Positions 40,894-51,038 of a stretch of 64,000 nucleotides of DNA are shown here, one piece after another; the first letter of the stretch is position 1, and each line of letters opens with the position of its first letter. A program made the translations under genes and the position numbers. The stretch is from the NCBI GenBank assembly GCA_963747235.1, contig CAVVEU010000031.1, positions 83,467-147,466 of the forward strand, given 5' to 3'. Under the pieces are notes generated by a model that saw nothing but the letters and a program-made list of their open reading frames with translations, was not told the origin of the DNA and made no database searches. This stretch comes from an uncultured Candidatus Rokubacteria bacterium. Lineage in GTDB: Bacteria > Methylomirabilota > Methylomirabilia > Rokubacteriales > CSP1-6.

Positions 40894-42702
40894 CTAGCGG
40901 AACATGAGGTGCTCGACGAGGGGCCCGAGGGCCAGGACCGGCAGGTAGCTGAGGGCGCCCACGATCAGGATGGTCGCGATCGTGAGCCCGGCGAAGAGCA
41001 GCGTGTCGGTGGGCAACGTTCCCGCGGTGACCGGCTTGCTCGGCTGCCGGGCGAACCGGCCGGCGAGCGCCAGCGCGAGGATCGCCAGGCCGAAGCGGCC
41101 GGTCACCATCGCGAGCGCGGTCGAGATGTTGTAGAAGGGGGTATTGGCGCTCAGGCCGGCGAAGTTCTGGCCGTTGTTGGCCATCGATGTCGTGTAGGCC
41201 ACCAGGATCTCGCTCGAGGCCGTGCGCGCCCTTGTTCGTGGTGAGGCCGGCCAGGCCCGCGTCCGTCACCAGCGCCACCGCGGTGAGCGGCAGGATGGTG
41301 AGCGGGGCGATGATCGTGTACAGCGCGATGAGCTTCATCTCGGTGACGGTGACCTGCTTGCCGAGATACTCGGGGGTCCGCCCGATCATGAGGCCGGCGA
41401 CGAACAGGCCGACCAGCGCGATCAGCACCAGGCTGTAGAGCCCGGTGCCGAGCCCGCCGAACACGACCTCGCCGAACAGCATGTTCAGGATCGTCACGAG
41501 GCCGCCGACCGGCAGTGTAGCTGTCGTGCATCGAGTTGTAGGAGCCGGTCGCGCCGTTGGAGGTGGTGACCGCGGCCAGCACCGAGCCGCCGATCCCGAA
41601 GCGGACCTCTTTGCCCTCCATGTTGCCGCCGGCCTGCAGCGCGCTCGTCGCCGTGGTCCACCCCCTGGGCGGCCAGGGTATGGCCGCGCTGCTCGGCCAG
41701 GTCGCACACCAGGAGGCCCGCCGCGAACAGCACGAGCATCACCGCGAACAGCACCCAGCCCTGCGCGGGCCGCCGGGTCATGCGCCCGAAGGTGTAGGTG
41801 AGCGATGCGGGCAGGACCACGATCGACAGCAGCTCGAGAAGATTCGCGAGGGGTGTCGGATTCTCGAAGGGGTGCGCCGCGTTGACGTTGAAGAAGCCGC
41901 CGCCGTTCGTGCCGAGGTTCTTGATGGGCTCGAGCGCGGCGACCGGGCCCATCGCGATGACCTGCTCGGTGAGCCGGGCCTTCTTCGTCTTCGGCTGCCC
42001 CTTCTCGTCGAGGACGGGCTTGCCGTCGGGGTCGGTGAGCGGCTCGTCGTACTCGACCGGCTGCACGACCGCGGCGTGCGCGTACGGGGCGAAGTTGAGG
42101 GGCACCCCCTGCCAGACGAGCACCGGGGCGGTCACCACCGCGAGGGGCAGCAGCACCCAGAGCGTCGCGCGGGTCACGTCCACCCAGAAGTTGCCGAGCA
42201 GGGGCGTACGCTCGCGGGCCAGGCCCCGGATGAACGCGATGCCCGCGGCGAGGCCGGCGGCTCCGGCGAGGAAATTCTGCGACGTGAGGCCGACGACCTG
42301 GCTCAGGTAGCTCATCGTGGTCTCGCCGCCGTACGCCTGCCAGGTCGTCGTGGTCGCGAAGCTGATCGCGGTGTTCATCGCGAGGTCGGGAACGAGCGGC
42401 CCCGGCCGGTACGCCGGGTCGAACGTGTGGAGCAACGGCTGCACTCGGAGTATTGCGTACAGCAGCAGCGTGCCGCCGAGGCCAAATCCCACGAAACACC
42501 CGGCATAGTGCTTCCAGTCCATCTCGACGCCGGCGTCCACTCCCGCGAGCCGGTAGATGATCCGCTCGACCGGACGCAGCACCGGGTCGAGCCAGGTCCG
42601 CTCACCGCTGAAGACCCGGGCGAGATAGCCTCCGACCGGCCTGACGAGCAGGGCGACGATCAGCAGGAATGCGCCGTACTGCGCGAGGCTCACCGCGCTC
42701 AT
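40894..42702 (-). CDS. kdpA: Second, divergent KdpA (three +1 frameshifts near 41650, 41515, 41215)
   Basis: [48 protein letters not shown]; full length when the frames are joined. Confidence 0.88.
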
Positions 42703-42802
42703 CGGATGTGACGCGGTATCGCAAAGCGTCGTTGGTCAGGTCCGTCGGGTTCCGAATCGACGGTCACGTTTTCGATAGTAGCCCACCTCCATGCCTCGGC
42801 GC

Positions 42803-42949
42803 TCAGCGCCAGCGCGCGGCCCTGCGTCCCGGGAACCGCCGAGTGCCCGGATGCCGGCTTCCTTTTCCGAAGTCGTGGTGGCAGGCCGGGCCGCAGAACC
42901 GCGCGCCGTCGCCGGCGAACTCCTTCTTGCACGTCTCGCAGCGAGACAT
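42803..42949 (-). CDS. Possible 48-aa zinc-binding microprotein
   Basis: MSRCETCKKEFAGDGARFCGPACHH with CxxC...CxxxC; weak SD. Confidence 0.45.
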   Translation of the reverse strand: MSRCETCKKEFAGDGARFCGPACHHDFGKGSRHPGTRRFPGRRAARWR

Positions 42950-42962
42950 CCGTTTCGCTCTT

Positions 42963-43136
42963 TCAGGCCGCGCGCTTTCCGTCGCGATCGCGCGGCGTTC
43001 CGTCGGTGGGCCGATCGGGCTGCGACCAGGACGTCGTTGGCGCCACGGAGGCCTTGCGCGGCATGCCGGCCTCATACGCTCGCCGCCGGTACTTCGCGCG
43101 ATTTCTCTTCGTCATCCGCCCCATCTTGAGATTCAT
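42963..43136 (-). CDS. 57-aa basic microprotein
   Basis: AAGGAGGA SD 5 nt before ATG; MNLKMGRMTKRNRAKYRRRAYEAG...; not in the ORF track. Confidence 0.55.
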   Translation of the reverse strand: MNLKMGRMTKRNRAKYRRRAYEAGMPRKASVAPTTSWSQPDRPTDGTPRDRDGKRAA

Positions 43137-43192
43137 GTCGATCCTCCTTGCCGGCCGGGTTCGGTCGGCTACCTCATCAGATGGCGGAAGGG

Positions 43193-43243
43193 CCTCAACA
43201 CTGCGTCAAACCGGTGGTGGCGGACATCAAGAGCGCCTAAAGA
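43193..43243 (-). promoter_or_regulatory. Four phased boxes upstream of the second kdpA unit
   Basis: Minus-strand TCTTTAGG, TCTTGATG, GTTTGACG and TGTTGAGG at 43236, 43225, 43204 and 43193. Confidence 0.68.
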
Positions 43244-43341
43244 CTCTGCGTCCGGACGACATCAACGGCCTGGAGCCACCGCGCGATGCTAGACTGCGTC
43301 CGCGACTAAGGTCCTAGGCTGGGCGCGACGGAGGAGGAGCG

Positions 43342-44095
43342 ATGAGGCGAGCCGACGATATTCGGGTCTGGATGGTGACGGGGGCGCTGGGCTCCATGGC
43401 GCTGGCCATCGCGCTGATCCCGCTGCGCGGGATGGTGGCCGCGTCGAATCTCGCCTTCGTGTTCGTGGCCTTCACGATCATCGTGGCCGAGCTCGGGGGC
43501 CGCGGCCCCGCGCTCGTCACCGCGCTCGTGTCGGCCATGAGCCTGAACTTCTTCCTGACCGAGCCCTATCTGACGCTCGCGATCAGCAAGACCGACGACG
43601 TGATCGCCTTCTTCGCCCTCGCCGCCTGCGGGCTCATCGCGGCCGCGTTCGGCCAGCGCCGGGAGCGGCTGTCCGAGGCGGCGGGGCGGGCCGACAAGGA
43701 GCTCGACCATCCTGAACCGGCTGGTGGAACGCGCGCGGAGCGGGCGCCCCCTCGAGGGCCAGCTCCAGGACCTGCGGGCCGAGTTCGACCTGGGCGGTCT
43801 CGTGCTCCGCGACGAGGCCGGGCGCGTGCTCGCGGCGGTGCCCACGGATGCGGGCTCGCGCCCGGTGCCGCGGATGGCGGTCGATGGCACCACGCTCTTC
43901 GCCGCGGGCGACGAGAGCCCGCGGATGGGGACGAAGGGCCTGCGGCTGCCCGAGGGCGGCGGCCGGCTGACACTCCAGACCGCCCGCGGCCCCGTGTCGC
44001 TCGACCTGTGGGAGGGCAACGACCAGGGGTTCGGACTCGACGAGAGCCGGACGCTCGCGATCGCCGCCTCGATTCTCGGTCTCGGGATGCGGTAG
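43342..44095 (+). CDS. Stand-alone KdpD-type membrane sensor domain (DUF4118-like) with GAF-like tail (+1 frameshift near 43710)
   Basis: SNLAFVF, ALVSAMSLNFFLTEPYLTLAI parallels the KdpD TM region (AFDFFFVPPYFTFAV); no kinase domain. Confidence 0.75.
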
Positions 44096-44130
44096 GGGCT
44101 TGGGTTTCGTGGTAGCGTGGTTTCATTGCC

Positions 44131-45559
44131 ATGAAGCCTACGTCGCTACGCGTCTTTGTAACGGCGCTCGGCGTGCTGGTGGCCTGGCCGTCGCTCGCGC
44201 TCGCGGTCGGAGAGCCCGAGCGGCTGTGGACCGTCGGCGACCGGGCCTTCCAGGACGGCCTCTACGGGGTGTCGCGCCGCATGCTCGAGCGCCTGGTCGA
44301 GCGCTACCCGACTGACGGGCGCGTCCCCGACGCCACCCTCCTGCTCGGCAAGGTGCGCCTCTCGCAGGGGCAGCACGACGCGGCGCTGCAGGCATTCCGG
44401 CAGGCGCAGACCTTCTCGCCCCCGCCCGGGCGGCCCGAGGAAGCCCGATTCTGGGAGGGCGAGACGCTGTTCCGCATGAAGCGGTTCCCGGAGGCGCGGG
44501 CCATCTACGATCGGATCCTCGCCGAGAGCCCGAATTCGCCCAGCGCCCCCGACGCGGTCTACGGGCTGGCCTGGGTGAATCTCGAGCTCAAGCGGCGCGA
44601 TCAGGCGGTCACCGAGTTCCGGCGCATCCTCTCGAACTATCCCGAGCACGCCAACGTCTCGTCCGCGACCTTCTACCTGGCCCGCACCCTGCTCGAGCTC
44701 AAGCGGGCGGATGAGGCGGTGGGGCTGCTGCGCGGCTTCGTGGCGCGGTACACCGATCACCGGCTGCTGCCCGACGCGCGCTACACGCTGGGCCAGGCCC
44801 TGATCGCGGGCGGGCAGAGCGACGAGGGCGTGGCCGAGCTGCGCGCGTTCGCCAAGGCCTATCCCAATCACGACCTGGCCGCCGGCGCGCGCCGGAGCGT
44901 GGTGGACACGCTCGTGCGCCAGGGCAAGAAGAACGAGCTGGCCGAGGAGTACAAGGTCCTGGCGTCGCAGCCCGCCACCGCGGAGAGCCTCTACGACGCC
45001 GGCCTCGTGGCCGGCAAGATCGGGCGGCCGCGCGACGCCGACACCGCGTGGGCGCGGCTGCGCAAGGACTTTCCCGGATCACCCGCTGAGCGGCCGCGTC
45101 TCGCTCGAGATGGCCCAGTCCGCCTTCGCCAAGAACAGCTTCAAGGACGCCTCGACGCTGGCGCGCGCGGCCTCCCGCAGCCCGGAGGACGCGGTGCGCG
45201 GCGAGGCCTTCGTGCTGCTGGGCGAGAGCGAGCTCAAGCAGCACCGCCACGCCGCCGCGATCACCGCCTTCAAGTCCGCCGCGGAGGCGCCCGCGGTCGA
45301 GCCCGCCATGCGCTTCCGCGCGCTGGCCGGCACCGGCCTGGCCCACGAGGAGCAGAAGCAGTACGGGCCCGCCGCGAAGCTCTACGAGGAGGTGGCGACC
45401 AGGAGCCCGGACAAGGCGCTCGCGTCCTGGGCGAAGGAGCGGCTGGCCGCCGTCAACGCGGCGGCCCGGTCCGAGGCCCCGCCCGCGGACAAGGCCACGC
45501 CCAAGAAGGCGGCGCCCGAGAAGACCGCGCCCAAGAAGGCGCCGGGAGCCACGAAGTGA
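44131..45559 (+). CDS. Exported TPR protein (YbgF/BamD-like repeats; +1 frameshift near 45080)
   Basis: Signal peptide, repeated YP...A.Y.LG TPR units, Lys/Ala/Pro-rich tail. Confidence 0.8.
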
Positions 45560-48550
45560 TGAGGTCTCGCGTGCTCGCCGGTGGCCACGCTGCTCGCCCT
45601 GCTGGGTGGCGCCACCGCGCGCGCCGAGATCACCCTCATGCTGCCGGCGCCGGACGTGGGCGCGCTGGTGCCGCTGGCCGTCCCCGCGCTCGACAAGCCG
45701 CCGGTGCCGCTGCCCGCGGTGCCGCTGCCGCCCGCGCCCCAGGGCATGCCGGAGCTGCCGCCCGCTCCGATGGTGGGGCACCTCGGCGAGCGCCCGGTGG
45801 CTCCGCTGCCGCCGCCGCGCTTCCTGGCCTGCAACCCGGTGGGCAACCTGCTCGGCGTGGCCTCCGAGCTGATCGAGTGCGGGCGCGCCCGCTATCAGCG
45901 CAACGAGCTGGACGAAGCCCGCGCGGTGCTCGAGAAGGCGGCGCAGTTCGCCACCGAGCGCACCCAGATCCGCGAGGCGCGCTACTGGCTCGGCGAGACG
46001 CTGGTCCGGCTCAACAAGCCGGCCGAGGTGGAGCGCCTGATGCTGCAGGTGCAGCAGGACGATCCGCGCGGCGAGCTCGGCCTCTACGCCGCGCACCAGC
46101 TCGGCTGGGTCTCGCTCGAGCTCAACAAGCCGGATCGCGCGCTCACCTACTTCGACATGCTGCTCAAGACCGGCGCGCCGCCGGCCATCATCTCCTACGC
46201 GCGCCACGGTCGCGGGCTCGCGCTCTACGGGCTCAAGCGCTACCCGGAGGCGCGCGACACCTGGGTCGGGCTGCTCAACCAGAGCGCGCCGCGCGCGGTC
46301 GCGTGGGAAGGCACCTTCTGGCTCGGCGACACGCTCGGGCGCCTCGGCGATCACGCGGCGGCGGTCCAGCGCCTGCAGACCTTCGTCTCCGGCGGGCCGC
46401 AGGTGCTGATCGACAGCGGGCTCCTGCGTCTCGGGTGGTGGAGCCGGGCCGCCGGCCAGCCGCTCGAGGCGGCGAAGGCCTATCGCGGCCTGCTCTCGGC
46501 CTATCCGCAATCGCGCGAGGCCGCGTGGGCGCGGGCCGGGCTCGTGCAGGCGCTGCTGGACCTCGACGACTATCCGGCCGCGCGCGAGGAGGCGAAGAAG
46601 CTCGAGGCGATGGGCCGGACCGGCACCCTGGTGGTGCCGGTGCGCCTGCTGATCAGCCGCTGGGCCACCGAGAAGGGACGCTTCGACGAGGCGCGCGAGA
46701 TCAACGACGAGCTGCTCGCGCGCACGCTCGATCCCGCCACGCGCTCCTACGTGCTGGCGCTGAGCGCGGAGGCCAGCCGGGCGAGCGGTCAGGTCGGCGA
46801 GGCGCGGGATCGCTTCGAGCTCGTCCGCGGAACGCCCGGCTCGCCCGCGCTGGCCGCCTACGCGGCGCTGCGGCTCGCGCAGATCGACTTCGACACGCGC
46901 GAGTTCGCCAAGGCGCGCGACGGGGCCCGGAAGCTTCAGGCCGACCCCGCGGCGCCCGCCGAGATGCGCGCGGCCGCGCTCGTGCTGGGCGGCGAGGCCG
47001 CCTACTGGGCGCGGGACTACACGCAGGCGGCCGCCTCCTACAGCGGCTTCCTGTCGGCGTATCCGAGCTATCCGCAGGCGCCGATGGCGAGCCTCGCGCT
47101 GGGCTGGGCCGAGCTGCAGGGCGGCAAGCCCGAGGCGGCGCGCCAGCGCTGGACGCGCTACGCGCAGCAGGCGCAGACCGATCCGCGCGCGCCCGAGGCC
47201 CTGGTGCTCGCGGCGGAGCTGGCGGGCCGCGCGGGCGACTTCGCGGGCGCGCAGACCCTGCTCGACCAGGTGGTGGATCGCTACCCGAACAGCCCGTACG
47301 CGGAGGTGGCGGTGCTGAACCGCGCCATCCTCGCGGTGCGCGGCGGGCGCGCCGCCGACGCGCTGCCCGAGCTGGGGCGGCTCGTGCAGCGCGGGGCGGT
47401 CTCGCCCTACGTCGCGCGCGCGCGCGTCACGCGCGGCGCGGCGCTCCTGGCCACCGGCAAGCCCGCCGAGGCGGAGCGCGACTTCCAGGCCGCGCAGAGC
47501 CTGGGCGAGACCGGGGTGGCGTACCTGGGGATGGGCACCGCGGACTTCGCGCGCCAGCAGTGGGACGCGGCGGTGCGGGATTTCGTGCAGGCGCGCGACG
47601 CGGGGGCCGGGCCGGTGTCGGCCGCCGCGAGCTACGGCCTCGCCGCGGTGCTGTTCAACCAGCGCCGGATCGACGAGTTCAAGCAGGCCGCGACCCCGAT
47701 CGTCGCGGGCGCGGTGGACCCGATCATCACGCCGCGCCTGCTGCACGGGCTGGCCGCGGTGGCGGCGGAGGAGAAGCGCTGGCCCGAGGCGAAGACGCTC
47801 ACGCTGCGGCTCGCCGACCAGTTCCCGCGCTACGAGGGCACGCAGGCCGCGCTGACCACGCTCGCGACGGCGGCGAGCCAGGGCGAGCAGTGGACGCTCT
47901 CGCGCGAGGTGTACGCCAAGCTCGGCGAGCGCTTCCCGGGCAGCGCCACCACCGGCGCCAACCGGCTCGACTACGCGGAGGCCCTGCTGCGCACCGGCGC
48001 CGCCGCGGAGGCGCGCCGCGCGCTCGAGCCCGCCGCGGGCGGCGCGGCCGCGCCGGCCCCGACGCCGCGCGCGACCATGCTGATGGCGGAGGCGCAGGAA
48101 GCCACCGGCGATCGCGCCGCCGCGCTCGACACCTACGCGCGCGCGGCCGCCGCCGCGGGCACCCCGAAGGAGAAGGCGTTCGGCCTGCTGGGGCAGGGGC
48201 GGCTGCTGGTGGCCGACGGCAAGTGGGACGAGGGGCGCGGCCGGCTCGAGCAGGCTCTCGACGCGGGCGACGGCGCGGTGGCCGCGGAGGCCGCCTACCG
48301 GCTCGGCGAGGGATTCCGCGCGACGGGCAAGGCGCAGGAGGCCGCCGACATGTACATGACCGCGGCCTATCTCACCGCCGATTCCCCGTGGGCGCGCCGC
48401 GCGCTGGTCGGCGCCGGCCAGGCCTTCGCCGCGCTCAAGCAGAACGACGCGGCGGTGATCGTGTACCGCAAGCTGCTCGCGATGAGCGGCGTGGAGCCCG
48501 ACCTGGCCGAAGCGGCCCGCCGCGGCCTTCGCGCGCTCGGCGCCAGCTAG
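45559..48550 (+). CDS. Large exported TPR protein with Pro-rich N-terminus (start uncertain, 45559 or 45581)
   Basis: Signal peptide (ARA-E), Pro-rich linker, many TPR repeats over about 990 aa. Confidence 0.82.
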
Positions 48551-48553
48551 GCA

Positions 48554-48630
48554 CCCTCACCCTGCCCTCTCCCTCAAGGGAGAGGGTTCCTTGATCCCCT
48601 CTCCCCTCGGGGAGAGGGCTAGGGTGAGGG
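48554..48630. repeat. REP-like double palindrome CCCTCACCCT..CCCTCTCCC/GGGAGAGGG
   Basis: Two inner hairpins enclosed by CCCTCACCCT/AGGGTGAGGG, between convergent genes. Confidence 0.82.
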
Positions 48631-49155
48631 GAGCGCTCCGACCACCTCGTCCGGATCCGGGTGGTGGCCCGCGTAGCGGTCGCGCCACTCGTAGCGCACG
48701 CGGTTCCCCGGTCCCAGCACGAAGGTGCCGCCCTGCTGCACGACATCGCCGTGCCGGCCCACCTGGCGGAAGCCCCGCGCCATCGCGCCGATGCCTCGGA
48801 GCACCGCGAGCGGGTGATAGGTGCTGGCCCGCCCGCGCACGAGGCCCGCGGTCTTGAACGCCCGCAGCGTGGGATCCACGAAGAGCGCGCCCTTGTAGCC
48901 GGTGGACTCGCGGAAGCCCGCGATGTGCTCGCTCTTCGAGGGCGCCACCACCACGAGCAGGCCGCCGCGCCCCTCGATCTCGGGCACCCGCTTCGACAGG
49001 CCGGCCACCTGCTGGCGGCAGAAGATGCAGCCCAGGTGGCGCACGAAGGCGAGCACGACGGGGCGCTTGGCCCAGAAGCTGCCCAGCGACGTCGCGGCGC
49101 CGGTCTCGTCGAGCACCGTCATCTGGCCGAGCGCGGCCGCGAGCAGATCGTCCAT
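48619..49155 (-). CDS. Peroxiredoxin-like AhpC/TSA family protein
   Basis: FVRHLGCIFCR (CxxC), QQGGTFV; TACAAT 7 nt before ATG 49155. Confidence 0.85.
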   Translation of the reverse strand: MDDLLAAALGQMTVLDETGAATSLGSFWAKRPVVLAFVRHLGCIFCRQQVAGLSKRVPEIEGRGGLLVVVAPSKSEHIAGFRESTGYKGALFVDPTLRAFKTAGLVRGRASTYHPLAVLRGIGAMARGFRQVGRHGDVVQQGGTFVLGPGNRVRYEWRDRYAGHHPDPDEVVGALPSP

Positions 49156-49199
49156 CCGGATCATTGTAACCGGCCTTCAACCTATCTAGAATGGCGCCC

Positions 49200-51017
49200 A
49201 TGCGAGGGTACGGCGGCCGGATCCTGTTCGTGGACGTCACCGATGGCCGCAGCCGCGTCGAGTCCGTCTCCCCGGAGCTGGCGCGGAGCCTGCTGGGCGG
49301 CAACGGCTTCGCGGCGCGGCTCCTGCTCGATCACGTGCCGGCGGGCGTGGACGCCTACGATCCCGCCAACGCGGTGATCTTCGCGGTGGGCCCGATCACG
49401 GACACCACCGTGCCCGGCAACAGCCGCGCCTGCGTCGCCGGCAAGTCGCCGCTCACCGGGCTCTTCTTCGACTCGACCTTCGGCGGCCGCTGGCCCGCCA
49501 CCATGAAGCGCACCGGCTTCGACGCGATCGTGATCACCGGGCGCGCCGCGGAGCCGGTGTACGTCAAGGTCACCGAGGCGGGCGCCGAGCTCAAGCCGGC
49601 GCGCGGGCTCTGGGGCAAGACCACGCGCGACACGGTGCACGCCATCCAGGCGGTCGAGGGCGGCGACGTGGACGCGATGGCCATCGGGCCCGGCGGCGAG
49701 AACCTCGTGCGCTTCGCGGCGATGGGCACCTACTGGAAGAACCGCGAGGCCTTCGCGGGCCGCGGCGGGCTCGCCGCGGTGCTCGGCAGCAAGCGGGTCA
49801 AGGCGGTGGTCGTCGCGGGCTCGCGCAAGACGGAGGTGGCCGACGCGGCCGCGCTCAAGAGCCTGCTCGAGCAGCAGCGCGAGCCGCTCAAGACCGGCAC
49901 CAAGGCGCTGTCCACGTACGGGACGCCGTTCCTGGTGAAGCCGATCAACACCCTGGGCGCGCTCGGCTCCTACAACCTGCGCCAGGAGGTCTTCGCGGAC
50001 GCGATGGCGATCTCCGGCGAGGAGATGCACGCCCACTTCCACGACAAGGACACCACGTGCCTGAAGTGCCCGGTGGCCTGCGGCAAGCAATATGAGGTCC
50101 GCGAGGGCGAGCTGGCCGGGCTCAAGGCGAAGATGCCGGAGTACGAGACGATCTTCGCGTTCGGCTCCATGCTCGGCAACGGCCACGCGGCCTCGCTCGC
50201 GCGGGCCAACGACCTCTGCGACCTGCTCGGGCTCGACACCATCAGCATGGGCGTCACCCTGGCCTTCGTGTGCGAGGCGCTCGAGCGCGGCTGGCTCACG
50301 GAGTCGGAGATCGGCCTGCCCTTCGGCTGGGGCGACTGGCGCGGCATGCTGAAGCTCATCGAGATGACGGCGGCCCGCGAGGGCTTCGGCGCCCGGCTCG
50401 CCGAGGGCGGCTGGCGCCTCGCCGAATCCGTGCACGCCGAGGGCACGCGGCTGGTCTACGCGGTCAAGCGGCTCGAGCTGCCGGCCCACTCGGCGCGCGC
50501 GCTCAAGGGCATGTCCATCGGCTACGCCACCGCCACGCGCGGGGGCAGCCACCACGACACGCGGCCCACGCCCCAGTACGCGCAGAACTACGATCGGCGC
50601 AGCCCCGAGGGCAAGCCCGAGTTCGCGGTGCGCAGCCAGCACTTCACCGCGGTGGACGACTCCCTCGTCCTCTGCCGGTTCACCTCCGAGCGCGGCTTCG
50701 GCCTCTACGTCGAAGAGCCGTACGCCCGGATGGTCAACGCGGTCACCGGCTGGGACATGACGGTGGAGGAGCTCGAGCGGGTCGGAGAGCGGATCATCAA
50801 CCTGGAGCGACTGATCAACGTTCGGGAGAACGTGCGCCGGAAGGACGACGTGCTGCCGTGGCGCGTGATGCACGAGCCCATTCCCGAGGGTCCCTCCGCG
50901 GGCGCCTACTGTCCGCCCGAGGAGCTGGGCCTCATGCTCGATCGCTACTACGCCCTGCGCGGCTGGGACGGCGACGGGGTGCCGACTCCGGAGCGCCTCG
51001 GCGCGCTCGGTCTCTAG
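49200..51017 (+). CDS. Aldehyde:ferredoxin oxidoreductase family (W/Mo-pterin)
   Basis: KSPLTG, IGPGGENLV, GRGG.AAV.GSK, CLKCPVAC, EYET, GLDTIS, DSLVLC, YYALRGWD..G.PT. Confidence 0.93.
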   Translation: MRGYGGRILFVDVTDGRSRVESVSPELARSLLGGNGFAARLLLDHVPAGVDAYDPANAVIFAVGPITDTTVPGNSRACVAGKSPLTGLFFDSTFGGRWPATMKRTGFDAIVITGRAAEPVYVKVTEAGAELKPARGLWGKTTRDTVHAIQAVEGGDVDAMAIGPGGENLVRFAAMGTYWKNREAFAGRGGLAAVLGSKRVKAVVVAGSRKTEVADAAALKSLLEQQREPLKTGTKALSTYGTPFLVKPINTLGALGSYNLRQEVFADAMAISGEEMHAHFHDKDTTCLKCPVACGKQYEVREGELAGLKAKMPEYETIFAFGSMLGNGHAASLARANDLCDLLGLDTISMGVTLAFVCEALERGWLTESEIGLPFGWGDWRGMLKLIEMTAAREGFGARLAEGGWRLAESVHAEGTRLVYAVKRLELPAHSARALKGMSIGYATATRGGSHHDTRPTPQYAQNYDRRSPEGKPEFAVRSQHFTAVDDSLVLCRFTSERGFGLYVEEPYARMVNAVTGWDMTVEELERVGERIINLERLINVRENVRRKDDVLPWRVMHEPIPEGPSAGAYCPPEELGLMLDRYYALRGWDGDGVPTPERLGALGL

Positions 51018-51038
51018 CCTTCCCCGCGAGGTCATCCC

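Noticed and set aside
48619-49155. Selenoprotein form of the AhpC-like protein
   Set aside because: The motif is CxxC with ordinary Cys codons and there is no in-frame TGA.
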